From: an uncultured Planctomycetota bacterium
GTDB lineage: Bacteria; Planctomycetota; Planctomycetia; Isosphaerales; Isosphaeraceae
Assembly (NCBI GenBank): GCA_963845755.1
Contig: CAWJTV010000025.1
Coordinates: 128,001-192,000, forward strand
Length of the DNA: 64,000 bases
Direction: 5' to 3'
The notes below the pieces were generated by a model. That model saw nothing but the letters and a program-made list of their open reading frames with translations, was not told the DNA's origin and did not search any database. A program made the position numbers and the translations under genes. Positions 37,697 through 47,947 of this stretch are shown piece by piece (the stretch's first letter is position 1; every line of letters starts with the position of its first letter).

Positions 37697-39205
37697 TCAT
37701 AGTCCCTCGACCACTAGAACCCAATCATGAAAGCCGTCTTGGTGGGCAGGTGGGTATGAAACCGAGCGGCTGGAGGTCTTCGGCTCAGATGCCGATATTG
37801 CCGTATACGTTCCGTTCGTCGGATCATACCAGCGGAGTCTGACATGCCGCCCGCCGGTGATCGCTCGTGTATCCACCGTTATTCCGCGACGGGTTGGGAA
37901 ATAGACGACCCCTGCGGATGATGAGTATCCCGATGCAGCCTTGTCGTCACCGCTGCCGAGGCCGGTCTTCAGGAATGTTCCGTTGTCTCGCGTCCAGGAC
38001 CTGTCTTGGACATAGGTATCGAGAAGTGTCCAGGCGTATTGGGCACATCGTTGCGGCGGTTCGGCGAGGACGTTCAGCCAGTCCGGCCCACCATCAAACA
38101 GCCCGGTGACGCCGAACGGCCACCACTTTTCGTGGCCAAAGTTGATCCCGCCGCCACCGCGGATGAACGTCGAATAGTTGCGTTCGCGCAGCTCCTGGTT
38201 CTGCTGGTCTTTGTAATGCGGCGCGTTGACGTACGGCGGCTCAATATCGACGACCGGATAGGTCGTGGCCCCAGCTCCATCGTAGACTCGATCAAACTGC
38301 TCGACAGAATTGCTGCCGTAGTCGTAAACCGTGTTGGCGCTCTGTTTGAACCATTGATAACCTTTGGCGCCTTCTTCCGATATGAATTGATTGAACGACG
38401 TCGAGCCATTAGCCGGCTCGGCAATAATCAGCCTATGGGTACTCCCTTCTGTATCTTTGATACCATGGAAAATGGCATCGAGTCCCCGCGCCGGTCTTTG
38501 ATTGTACGACCACCGAAAATCACCCATCACATGCCAGACGATGTTCGGATAACCGGCATAGCGGCTCGCCAGAGCTTTTCCAAAGTTATAGGCATTCGTC
38601 GTCCCAGCGTTGGCCAAATCCGGAACGGTGCCGGTATCGCCCCAGCTCATGAACAATGAAAACACCACGGTCAATTGAAGCCTGGTGGCTTCTGACATGA
38701 TCCAGTCCATCGAGGACCATGCCGGGCCGAACGACGAAGCATACGGTGCACCGGTAAAGAAACGTTGGCCGGCCTTGTTCTTGTACCTGTCGCCAAAGCT
38801 GTCGTTCATGTGGACCCCGAACGGCGAGACGGTCACGGCATTGAAACCGAGCGCTTTCAAGCCTTCGAGAGCACTGGTGATTTCGGCGTTGGTGCAGTTC
38901 TGTGCCATCGCCCACGAGGACATGGTCTTGAGCAGATACACATTGCCTTTCTGGTCGAGGAAACGACGATTGTCGGCACTGACACTGGCCGGCCAAGCGA
39001 AATCTGGGGTCGTCCCCGCAGCACCTCGTACAGACGAACTTCCCGAGCCGGTTTGATCATTCCCCGAGTTTGCACGTTCGGTCCGCGTTCCGTTTCGCGG
39101 CTGTGAGCCCGGCGTGTGAGTTGCCGCGTACATCAGTAGCAAAGTCGCCCCGACAATCAGCGGAGACCTGAACGCGTACCGAAGACCAAGAGATCGAGCG
39201 GTCAT
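37697..39205 (-). CDS. DUF4038-like glycoside hydrolase with C-terminal putative collagen-binding domain
   Basis: VSADNRRFLDQKG, RYAGYPNIVW..GD, EPPY, WYDPTNG and DWVLVV. Lower GC than its flanks. Confidence 0.75.
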   Translation of the reverse strand: MTARSLGLRYAFRSPLIVGATLLLMYAATHTPGSQPRNGTRTERANSGNDQTGSGSSSVRGAAGTTPDFAWPASVSADNRRFLDQKGNVYLLKTMSSWAMAQNCTNAEITSALEGLKALGFNAVTVSPFGVHMNDSFGDRYKNKAGQRFFTGAPYASSFGPAWSSMDWIMSEATRLQLTVVFSLFMSWGDTGTVPDLANAGTTNAYNFGKALASRYAGYPNIVWHVMGDFRWSYNQRPARGLDAIFHGIKDTEGSTHRLIIAEPANGSTSFNQFISEEGAKGYQWFKQSANTVYDYGSNSVEQFDRVYDGAGATTYPVVDIEPPYVNAPHYKDQQNQELRERNYSTFIRGGGGINFGHEKWWPFGVTGLFDGGPDWLNVLAEPPQRCAQYAWTLLDTYVQDRSWTRDNGTFLKTGLGSGDDKAASGYSSSAGVVYFPTRRGITVDTRAITGGRHVRLRWYDPTNGTYTAISASEPKTSSRSVSYPPAHQDGFHDWVLVVEGL

Positions 39206-39761
39206 GGATCCCTCCTTCAGAGGTCGGAGACGTCGTTGATCCGAAATCGTACAAATTGAGTGCGCAATTCTCGATCATCTGCGGTGGCGAAGGAAGAGAC
39301 TCGATGCGTGTGCATCGATATGCCGCTATGCGCAAGGAGGTCAAAGCGCTTCGGTTGCCATTTGCCGTGACCCCGCAACTCACCTCGATGAGTGTGTAAC
39401 CGGACCTGTAATGTCTTCGAGTCATCAGGGTAGAGAGGGACACTTGTGTTCCACTATGCCCGGCGCGGCGAGCTAGCCGTTTGAGAATGACCTCCAGTAG
39501 ACCTGAACGCCCCTGGGAAAAAAAGGGGCAATAGACATTCCTCCTGGGGCACGAAGAGATGGTAGTCGACATGATACAGCCCGGCACGTCGATCGAGCTA
39601 AGAGACTGGACGCGACTTGGCTCTCTCCTTTGACGGCATCGGTCTGATCGACCGACGCATCCGGGAAATCACTTCGCAGCGTGTCAGGTCGGTGTCAGAC
39701 ACCGACTTTTCCGACACCAACTTTTCCCCGACGAGAGCTGACCCCTGGCCGGATCGGTCCC

Positions 39762-40189
39762 TCAGCGGCCGGCGCCGGCAGGCTCATCGCTCACCACCCA
39801 GGAGAGCCGCTTGTTTAGGGCTCGGGCCAGAGCACGGAGTGTACTGACCGTGGGATTGGGCACCTTGCCTGTTTCGAGCTTCGAGAGTGTCGCCCGGTCA
39901 ATGCCAGAGCGCTCCGAGACGTCAGAGAGGCTCAACCCCAGGCGCTGGCGTTCCGCGCAGGCGCCGAGAGCGCCTTGGCCAGTTCTGGGTCGATCGCCAA
40001 GGGCGGGAACTCCTCACGAACCTTGCGGATGACGTCGTCCTGTTCCGCGCGGCCCTCGGGTGTGGCCCGCCAAGCGTCGGACCGGGCGATCGCGGCTTCC
40101 GCAGCAGGCCGCTTTTCCGGGGGCAGAGCTTCCAGGGCACGGCGGGTCCTGGGGTGCATGGCCATCCTCCTCGAGTCATGGGATTTCAA
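39762..40189 (-). CDS. XRE-family HTH protein, putative antitoxin (frameshift ~39960)
   Basis: Stitched translation ...RAERQRLGLSLSDVSERSGIDRATLSKLETGKVPNPTVSTL. Its start overlaps the upstream gene's stop. Confidence 0.75.
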
Positions 40190-40458
40190 TTGGGCGTCGG
40201 TTCGTAGGCGGTGATGGGCCGGATGACGACCACCGGTTCGGTCTCCAAGATCTCGTAGACAACGAGGATGTCCTTGCCCGTCGCGGTCCCTCCAAAGACG
40301 GCCGGTCGGCCACTGGAGCGGCTGGTGGTCGGCCGGTTGGCTGGGTCGTAGAGTACCTGCTCGACTTCCTCGATCGTGAGCCCATTGGCCGCGATGTGCT
40401 GGACATTCCCCCGTGGGTCATCCTCGTCATCCCAGGCGATCAGGTCGAAGTCGATCAT
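40186..40458 (-). CDS. BrnT/RelE-like small toxin
   Basis: 90 aa: WDDEDDPRGNVQHI..GLTIEEVEQVL, G.TATGK.ILVVYE, PITAY. Confidence 0.7.
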   Translation of the reverse strand: MIDFDLIAWDDEDDPRGNVQHIAANGLTIEEVEQVLYDPANRPTTSRSSGRPAVFGGTATGKDILVVYEILETEPVVVIRPITAYEPTPN

Positions 40459-40691
40459 GGCTGGTCCCACGGTGACCGCACAACTGTTGAATTTTAAGCA
40501 AACAGGCCCGGGATGGACAGGTCTGTGGGGTCGAAAGAGTCGAAAGCCGTGACGTTGGGAGAATACAGAGGCTCATGGGCCAAGACTGGTAAGCACCGGG
40601 ATCGCCGGACGGAGCCGGCTCCTCCAAAAGCCCGAGGTGTCCGTGCGGGTTGCGCTTCTTTAGGAAGGGGCTCCGTCCCCCGATACTTTGT

Positions 40692-40810
40692 TAGAGCGCT
40701 TAACAGATGGATTGCACACAGTAACAGCCGATGTGTTCGGCGGCCTAAAAGGCCGCCGGAGATGCCACCGCGCACGAGGCGCGTGCGAAACCCAACCGTG
40801 AAGCGCTCTC
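40692..40810. mobile_element. 119-bp miniature element with TAGAGCGC termini
   Basis: TAGAGCGCTTAACAG ... CCGTGAAGCGCTCTC; internal hairpin CGGCGGCCT-AA-AAGGCCGCCG. Confidence 0.55.
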
Positions 40811-40832
40811 GAGCCGCAAGACTCTGCAAGAC

Positions 40833-43079
40833 TTAGCGTTCGGTCATGCCGCCAGCGGGGCGCCCGCTTCGGGTGGCGCCGCGCTGCGGTCGGAAGGGGA
40901 TAGGGAAGGCGCTCAGCGGGCCCCGGATCGGATCGCCAGTCAGCTCGTTCCAGCGTCGGGCCTGCTCGGCGGTGAGGATGCGTTCCATGGCCGGCTTGCT
41001 GGCATCGTCGAGGGGCTTTCCCGATTTCATCTCGCGGATCCGGCCGAAAAAGGTCGCCTCCTCGATCGCGCGGATCTGCTCGCGCTGTTCGAGCGTCAAA
41101 CCCAGCGCCTCGACGACCTCCGGCTCCCGAAAGGCGGCCGGCCCCTCCGACTGGAGGGCGATCTGGCGGAGCCGGACGCGTTGCGGGGGCGTCAGGATCG
41201 CATCGACCTCCGCCTCGTTGGCGCGGGCCTGCTCCAGCGCGATCCGCGCGCGGTCGGCCGGCGGGGGGAGGCGGGCAGGGTCGCCGAACGCGTCCGTGAA
41301 GCGCGCGCCGGCGCGGGCGGAGAGCTCGGCCACCCGCACCCGCTGGCGATCGTCGAGCCGGAGATCGTCCAGCGCGGTCGGCTGGATGAGCAGATAAAGC
41401 TGCCCGGCGGCGCGGAGGACCGCCAGGTCGGCGAGGATGGTCTCGACCCGCCGCGTGGTGTCGCGCAGCTCGGCCTGTGCATCCGGGTCGCTCCGCCGCT
41501 CGGCGATGAACTCGCGGTAGTACGCCAGCGCGGAACCGAGGAGCCGCTTGCGGAGCCCCTCCATGCCCGGCCGGTGCGCGAGCTCCTCCTCGCTGGCCCG
41601 GATCAGCTCGTCGACCGCCCGACGAGCGAGGCGGAACCGCGCCTCGGCCTCCTCCGCGCGCTGATGCTCGCGAAGGTAGGCCGCTTCGGTCTTCCTCTGC
41701 TCGGCGAGCGTCTTCGCCTGCTCGCGGCGGACGATGGCCGTGCTGACCAGGGACGCGGCCGAAAGGAGGATCAACGCCACCATTCCGGACCCGACGATCG
41801 TCGGGTGCCGCCGCGACCAGGACCGCAAACGCTCCGAAGGGGTCGGCCGGCGAGCGACGATCGGCCGGCGGGCGAGGAACCGCTCGAGGTCATCGGCCAT
41901 CTCCTGCGCCGTCGCGTACCGCTCGGCCGGCTCCTTGCGGAGCGCCTTCAGGACGATGGTCTCCAGACCCGCGGGGATCGACGGCTCCAGGGAACGGGGG
42001 GACGCGGGCTCGTCGGCGGCGATCTGCCGGATCAGGGCGTGGCGATCGCGCCCGTCGAAGGGAGGCCGGAGCGTGAGCAACTCGTAGAGCGTGGCGCCGA
42101 GCGAATAGACATCGCTGCGGTGATCGACGATCCCGCGCGTGGCGAAGACCTGCTCGGGACTGGCGTAGCGCAGGGTGCCCAGCATCTCCCCCGTGATCGT
42201 GAGCCCGACGTCCCCGGTGACCTGGGCCAGGCCGAAGTCGGTGATCCAGAGCTGCCCGCGGAGGTCCAGCAGCAGATTCCCCGGCTTGACGTCGCGATGC
42301 ACGATCCCCGCCTGGTGGGCATGTTCGAGCGCCAGCGCCGCCTGTCGGCCTAGCCCGGCAACGCGGTCGTAATAGCGGAGGCGGTCCGCGGATCGCTCGC
42401 GCGAGATCGTCGTCGCGGCGGATGTGGCCATCCCTCCCGAATGGGACTCGGGGCGTCCGATGGCCGCATCGGTGACGGCCGCATCGTCACGCCGCTCGTC
42501 GCGAAGACCCCGCAACTCTCCAATGAGTGCGGCGAGGCTCTGTCCTTCGATGAACTGCATGGCGTAATAGTGGACGCCGCGCTCGCAGCCGACCGCGTGC
42601 ACCGGCACGATCTTCTCGTGCTGCACGTGGGCCGCCGCGAGGGCCTCGGTCTTGAAGCGCTGGAGCCGACGGGGATCGATGGCCGCGGCAAACGGGAGGA
42701 CCTTCAGCGCGACTCGCCGCCGTAGCGAGATCTGCTCGGCCTCGTAGACGACCCCCATCCCGCCCCGGCCCACCTCGCGCAGGAGGCGAAAGTCGCCCAG
42801 GTCACCGATGCCCGCAGGGATATCATCCGTCTCCTCGCGAGACGCCCCGATCAGCCCGTGAGCATCGCCCACCCTCCCGGCGCGAAGGGGCGCCGTGAGC
42901 CGCGCCACCTCGTCGTGACCGGCGAGGAACGCCTCCAGGTCGGGCCGGAGGTCGGGGTGCGACGCCAGGAGCCGGCCGCGGTCGGGCTCGCGGCCCTCCT
43001 CGAGCGCCTCAACATACGCCAGGAGGACCTGGTTCCGCCGGTCCTCGCGGTCCGGGTCGTCGATGAGGTCATGTTCCAT
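40833..43079 (-). CDS. Hanks-type Ser/Thr protein kinase (planctomycete type)
   Basis: GRGGMGVVY, VALK, HRDVKPGN, TDFGLA, GTLRYASPEQ and DVYSLG; TM segment and coiled coil. Confidence 0.95.
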   Translation of the reverse strand: MEHDLIDDPDREDRRNQVLLAYVEALEEGREPDRGRLLASHPDLRPDLEAFLAGHDEVARLTAPLRAGRVGDAHGLIGASREETDDIPAGIGDLGDFRLLREVGRGGMGVVYEAEQISLRRRVALKVLPFAAAIDPRRLQRFKTEALAAAHVQHEKIVPVHAVGCERGVHYYAMQFIEGQSLAALIGELRGLRDERRDDAAVTDAAIGRPESHSGGMATSAATTISRERSADRLRYYDRVAGLGRQAALALEHAHQAGIVHRDVKPGNLLLDLRGQLWITDFGLAQVTGDVGLTITGEMLGTLRYASPEQVFATRGIVDHRSDVYSLGATLYELLTLRPPFDGRDRHALIRQIAADEPASPRSLEPSIPAGLETIVLKALRKEPAERYATAQEMADDLERFLARRPIVARRPTPSERLRSWSRRHPTIVGSGMVALILLSAASLVSTAIVRREQAKTLAEQRKTEAAYLREHQRAEEAEARFRLARRAVDELIRASEEELAHRPGMEGLRKRLLGSALAYYREFIAERRSDPDAQAELRDTTRRVETILADLAVLRAAGQLYLLIQPTALDDLRLDDRQRVRVAELSARAGARFTDAFGDPARLPPPADRARIALEQARANEAEVDAILTPPQRVRLRQIALQSEGPAAFREPEVVEALGLTLEQREQIRAIEEATFFGRIREMKSGKPLDDASKPAMERILTAEQARRWNELTGDPIRGPLSAFPIPFRPQRGATRSGRPAGGMTER

Positions 43080-43651
43080 CGTCCGACTCCCCCAGGTCGC
43101 GCAGCAGCTCGCGGAGCCGCTTCAGCCCGCGGAAGAGCAGGCCGACCGCGGCCGGGCGCGTGCGGCCGATCCTCTCCGCCACTTCGGCCACCGGAAGCCC
43201 CTTCAGGTAGTGCAGCTCCACGACATGCCGCTGGTCCTCCGGCAGGCGGCCGAGCGCCTGGGCGAGCCGTAGCAGCTCCTCGCCGCGAACCGCCCGCTCG
43301 CTCGGGGAGGTCTGGTCGGCCGCGAGCAGGCCCTCCAGCCGGGACGCGGAGCGCTCCAGCTCGGCCTCCAGGGATCGCTCCCGGCCGGGATCGCGCGCCT
43401 GGGTCTCGAACCGCCGGGCTGCGGCCGCCAGGGCGTTCGCCAGGATGGCGCGGAGCCAGGCTAGCCACTCAGCTTCGGTCCGACCCCGGAACTGGTCCTG
43501 CCTCTCGTGGGCCTGCAGTATCGCCTGCTGGACGACGTCGGAGGCGTCCAGCTTCGCGCAGGCGTGGGCCGATCTGAAGCCGGACGAGCAGCCGGAGGTA
43601 ATCGCGGTGGTCCTCGATCTGGCGGATGTCGCCGCGAGCGGTCGGTCGCAT
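43069..43651 (-). CDS. Planctomycete-type ECF sigma-70 factor (frameshift ~43557)
   Basis: RDYLRLL..LQIGPRL / KLDASDVVQQ, WLRAILAN, TSPSE, LPEDQRHVVELHYLKGL, LFRGLKRLR. Overlaps the kinase start. Confidence 0.85.
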
Positions 43652-43711
43652 CGTTCCGCGCCCTCGTCACGCGTCGGTACGGTGTTCAGCCACCCATGTC
43701 GGCCCTGTATT

Positions 43712-43906
43712 TAGAGCGCCTCACAGTTGGGTGGCCCACACGTGAAGCCTGCTCCCGAAGAACCCCCCCGAACCCCCCCTTCGCAAAGGGGGGATATTGA
43801 TCGGGAAAAGCCCGTTTCCTGTCCCCCCCCCCTTGCGAAGGGGGGGGTCGGGGGGGTGAATTCGCAGCGCCTCAGGGCGTGCGCAATGCAAAAGTTAGGC
43901 GCTCTA
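43712..43906. mobile_element. 195-bp miniature element with TAGAGCGCCT termini, carrying two CCCCCTT..AAGGGGG REP hairpins
   Basis: TAGAGCGCCT ... AGGCGCTCTA perfect 10-bp ends; hairpins near 43773-43793 and 43823-43847. Confidence 0.65.
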
Positions 43907-44052
43907 GCGTACGGCAACGCCGCCCTGCGCCGATAGACCCACGTCGCGAAGGATCGAGTCGCCGATCTTTCGCAAAGGGATCCCCGTATAGAAATCCGCA
44001 ACTCCACTCCGGCCAAGCCCCTGGCTGCTGCACGGCGAAGGGTCGAGAAGAT

Positions 44053-45199
44053 TCAGACGAGATGGTCGTCGTCCGGCTGGGCAGGGGCGAGCGAGGCGAT
44101 CCCGACGGTTTTACGCATCCAGGCGCTGGTCTGCCAGTTGTCCACCGGGGGCTCATCGGAAATGAAGGGGGGGATGGGCAGGACGAAGAACGCGGAGAGC
44201 GAGACGACGAACGGCTCGTACATCGCCCGCAGGTCGGCGACCTTGCGGTCGATGCCGGCGCCCTCGCGGGGCATGATCCCGGCCGAGCGCAGCAGGTCGC
44301 GGAGCCGGCCGAGCCGGTCGGCAGGGAGGCGGTCGTGGTCCGGGGGGCGAGGAGGAGACTTGTAGGATTGGGCCAGGTCGACGACCGCGTGGCGAGTCAT
44401 GGCAAAAGTCAGACCCGCCTGGTAGACGTCATCGCGTTCGACCGCTGCGATCAAGAGGGCGCATGTGTCGAGGATGGCCGTGGCCGCGGCCAGCCACGAC
44501 TGATTGTCGTGCTGCGACCGGTAGTAGCCCAGCACGGCGAACGAGAGGTGGCTCTCCAGCAGCTCGGCCGACCATCGCTCACACTCGCCGAGGATGCGCC
44601 AGGCCGTCCTGATCTCGGCCCGCGGCCGACCTGACCAGGAACTGCGCGGCGGTCGGGGGAGAGCCGGCGCGGGCGTCGAGCAGAGAGATCATCACCTCGC
44701 GCCGGGAGAATGCCTGGTAGAGCACGGGGAGGTAACTGATCACCACGGCAAGGAACCCGAACCCGAGCCCCGTCTCGACCACGGCCAGGATCCGGCCGAG
44801 CTTGCTGACCGGGATCACGTCCCCGTACCCGAGCGTGAAGAACGTGACCCCGCTCAAGTATAAGTCGTCGAACAGGCTCGACCCCTCTCGCAATTGGCTC
44901 ATCCGCGTATCGAGCGACCAGTGCAAGAGGGCAAACCCGAGGATCAACCCGCCGGCCCAGACCGTCAAGAGCACGAGCATCGACAGCGGCCCGAACACGC
45001 TGAGAAACCACTCGCGACGCTTGCCGTGGCCCAACCGCTGACCGATGGCGGACCAGGGCCGCCAGGTCGATCGGTAGAACTGCCGCGACAGGCGAATGCT
45101 GCGAGAGACGCGCCGGGGAAGGAGCATCGCCTCGAAGGCGTCCACGAGGACGATTGCGATCAACGCCAGGCCTAGCACCAAGGTCAACCACCGTGTCAT
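44053..45199 (-). CDS. Potassium channel family (Ion_trans_2) protein (frameshift ~44600)
   Basis: Selectivity filter TFFTLGYGD, several TM helices, LDARAGSPP and YYRSQH. Confidence 0.85.
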
Positions 45200-45471
45200 G
45201 TCACACCGGCCCCCGCCAATCGCATCGTTCTCGTGCCCCGAGTCGGCCACGGGTTATAGCAGTCCCCCTCGCGGAAAAGCAAGGCCGCGCGCCCGAGCTT
45301 TTCCGGCCGACGCAGCGGGCTTTCCGGGAGCCGTCTCGTTCGTCCAGGCCGCTCGAGCGCGTCTCCTGGGCGGAGGGAGGTTGTCGCGAAGGCACCGTCC
45401 GGGTATGAATGATCCGGCATTGAAACCGAACGATGATGGTGACTGATCCGATTCCAACTCCGAGGGGCGAC

Positions 45472-46761
45472 ATGTGTCAGACGGATTCTTCATCCCATCA
45501 AGAAGACCATCGCCACCATCATCATAGCCGGCCAAATCGATCGCAACTCTCGACGGCCCACGACGCCATCAAATCCTCTCAACCCACCCGTCGCCAGGTC
45601 CTGGGGCAATTGAAAACCGCTGGGCTTACCGTGGCAGCGAGCGTCTTGCCCTGGGGTTCACTCGTCCGGGCACTCGCCGACGACGATCCTGCTCCACCGG
45701 CCGGCCCCGGTTCAGCCAGGCTGTTCGACCTCAAGAAGGTCGCAAACGGAATCTACGGAGCGATCGCCAGGCCCACCGCCATGCTGAACTGCAACGCGGC
45801 GGTCGTCGTCAATCGCGATCACGTTCTGGTCGTGGACACCCATTCGAAACCTTCGGCCGCGAAGGCCCTGATCCGGCAGATCCGCGACGAGATCACCGAC
45901 CTCCCCGTCAGGTACGTGGTCAACAGCCATCTGCACGGCGACCACGCCATGGGCAACGAAGCGTATCCCGAGGCCTTCGGCGCCCAGGTCGAGATGATCT
46001 CCTCGGAGAAGACGCGCGAATGGCTGGATAAGTTCGGTCTGCCTCGATTGAAGGAGTCGCTCGAGAGCCTGCCCGGACAGATCGCCGACTTTCGCGCCAG
46101 GCTGGAGGCGAGCCAGGTCGAGTCCGACCGTGCCGTCCTCAGGGCACACATCGAGGGCCTCATTGCGTACCAGAAGGAGATGACGCCTCCGCGCGTGACC
46201 CTGCCAACGATGACCTTCGACCGGCGGCTGGTCATCCATCGCGGCGGCCGGGAGATCCATCTTCTCTTCCTCGGCCGGGCCCACACGGCGGGCGACGTCG
46301 TCGCCTTCATCCCCTCGGAGCGTGCGATCGCGACCGGCGACCTGATGCACGGTCTGCTCCCCTACATGGGGGATGGCTTCCCCGATGAATGGCCCGCCAC
46401 TCTGCGGGCTCTCGAAGCCCTGGAGTTCGATCACGTCATCCCGGGACATGGGTCAATCCAGGAAGGGAAGTCCGTGCTGGCGCAATTCCGCGGATACGTC
46501 GAGGAGCTCACCGAGAAGATCGCGCGGGGGGTCGAACGAGGTCAGCCCCTGGACGAACTCAAGAGGATGATTACCCCGTCGACCCTGGTATCGCTCAAAG
46601 CAGGCGACACACGTCGCCGCATCGAGCGTGAATTGAAGGCCGTGTTCGCTTTCCCGGAAAACCCTGCCGAGATGCTCGACGGCAGCGTCGCGAGCAATAT
46701 CCAGGAAGTCTTTACTTATTTCACGGAACGCAAGGGCCGGCGCGAGCTCCCGCTCCGATGA
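45472..46761 (+). CDS. Tat-exported MBL-fold metallo-hydrolase
   Basis: TRRQVL Tat motif, NSHLHGDH, AHTAGD, TGDL and IPGHG. Confidence 0.88.
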   Translation: MCQTDSSSHQEDHRHHHHSRPNRSQLSTAHDAIKSSQPTRRQVLGQLKTAGLTVAASVLPWGSLVRALADDDPAPPAGPGSARLFDLKKVANGIYGAIARPTAMLNCNAAVVVNRDHVLVVDTHSKPSAAKALIRQIRDEITDLPVRYVVNSHLHGDHAMGNEAYPEAFGAQVEMISSEKTREWLDKFGLPRLKESLESLPGQIADFRARLEASQVESDRAVLRAHIEGLIAYQKEMTPPRVTLPTMTFDRRLVIHRGGREIHLLFLGRAHTAGDVVAFIPSERAIATGDLMHGLLPYMGDGFPDEWPATLRALEALEFDHVIPGHGSIQEGKSVLAQFRGYVEELTEKIARGVERGQPLDELKRMITPSTLVSLKAGDTRRRIERELKAVFAFPENPAEMLDGSVASNIQEVFTYFTERKGRRELPLR

Positions 46762-46868
46762 GCCTCCGATCGCCCTGACCGCCGCGAGTAGGCCGTGGAA
46801 GGGAGGTTGAGCCGTGCGGCCGGCTCGTCTGCGATCCCAGGGCCCAGGTATTCCTCGAGAAGGCGGCG

Positions 46869-47915
46869 ATGAGCACAATACTGGTTACGGGCGGGTCGGG
46901 TTTCATCGGCAGCCATTCCATCCTGCAGCTCCTGGCCGCGGGCCATCGGGTGCGCACGACGGTACGGAGCCTGAAGCGCGAGGGCAGCGTGCGCGCCATG
47001 CTGAAGGAAGGCGGCGCCGAGCCGGGCGATCGCTTGTCCTTCATCGCCGCCGATCTCGAAGACGACGCGGGCTGGTCGGAAGCCGTCGCCGGCTGCGAGT
47101 ACGTGCTGCACGTAGCGTCGCCTTTTCCCCCGAACATCCCCAAGAACGAGGATGAGCTGATCGTGCCCGCGCGCGAAGGCGCGCTCCGCGTACTGCGCGC
47201 CGCGCGCGACGCCGGCGTCAAGCGCGTGGTGCTGACCTCCTCGTTCGCGGCGATCGGCTATGGCCAGGAGCCGCAGAAAGCGCCGTTCGATGAGACGAGC
47301 TGGACGGACCCCAACGGTGACGATGTGCTACCCTACGTGAAATCGAAGACGTTGTCCGAACGCGCGGCCTGGGATTTCATCGCCAAGGAAGGCGGCGATC
47401 TCGAGCTTTCCGTCGTCAATCCGGTGGGCGTCTTCGGCCCGGTGCTGGGGCCCGACTATTCGACGTCGATCCTCCTGGTGCAGCGCCTGATGGACGGCGC
47501 CATGCCCGGCTGCCCGCGGCTCTATTTCGGAGCCGTCGATGTGCGCGACGTCGCCGACCTGCACATCCGCGCCATGACGCATCCCGCCGCCAAGGGCGAA
47601 CGCTTCCTCGCCGTCGCCGGCGATTTCCTGTCGATACGCGACATCGCCAAGGTCCTGAAGGACCGCATGGGCGCGTCGGCCAGGAGAGTGCCGACCTGGC
47701 AATTGCCCAACTGGCTGGTGCGCATCGCCGCGATGCGTGACCCGGCTGCGAAGCAGATCCTGCCCGAGCTCGGCAAGAGGAAGAACGCCACGAACGAAAA
47801 GGCCAGGCGCCTGCTGGGCTGGGCGCCGCGTTCGAACGCGGAGTCCATCGTTGCCACCGCCGAGAGCCTGGTGCGGCTCGGGCTCCTGAAGGACAGCCCG
47901 AAGAAGCGTCCCTGA
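46869..47915 (+). CDS. NAD-dependent epimerase/aldehyde reductase (extended SDR)
   Basis: TGGSGFIG, HVASP, TSS, YVKSK and VDVRDVA. Confidence 0.92.
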   Translation: MSTILVTGGSGFIGSHSILQLLAAGHRVRTTVRSLKREGSVRAMLKEGGAEPGDRLSFIAADLEDDAGWSEAVAGCEYVLHVASPFPPNIPKNEDELIVPAREGALRVLRAARDAGVKRVVLTSSFAAIGYGQEPQKAPFDETSWTDPNGDDVLPYVKSKTLSERAAWDFIAKEGGDLELSVVNPVGVFGPVLGPDYSTSILLVQRLMDGAMPGCPRLYFGAVDVRDVADLHIRAMTHPAAKGERFLAVAGDFLSIRDIAKVLKDRMGASARRVPTWQLPNWLVRIAAMRDPAAKQILPELGKRKNATNEKARRLLGWAPRSNAESIVATAESLVRLGLLKDSPKKRP

Positions 47916-47947
47916 TCCGACGTCCGTCCCGGCCGGCGCAGCCGGCC

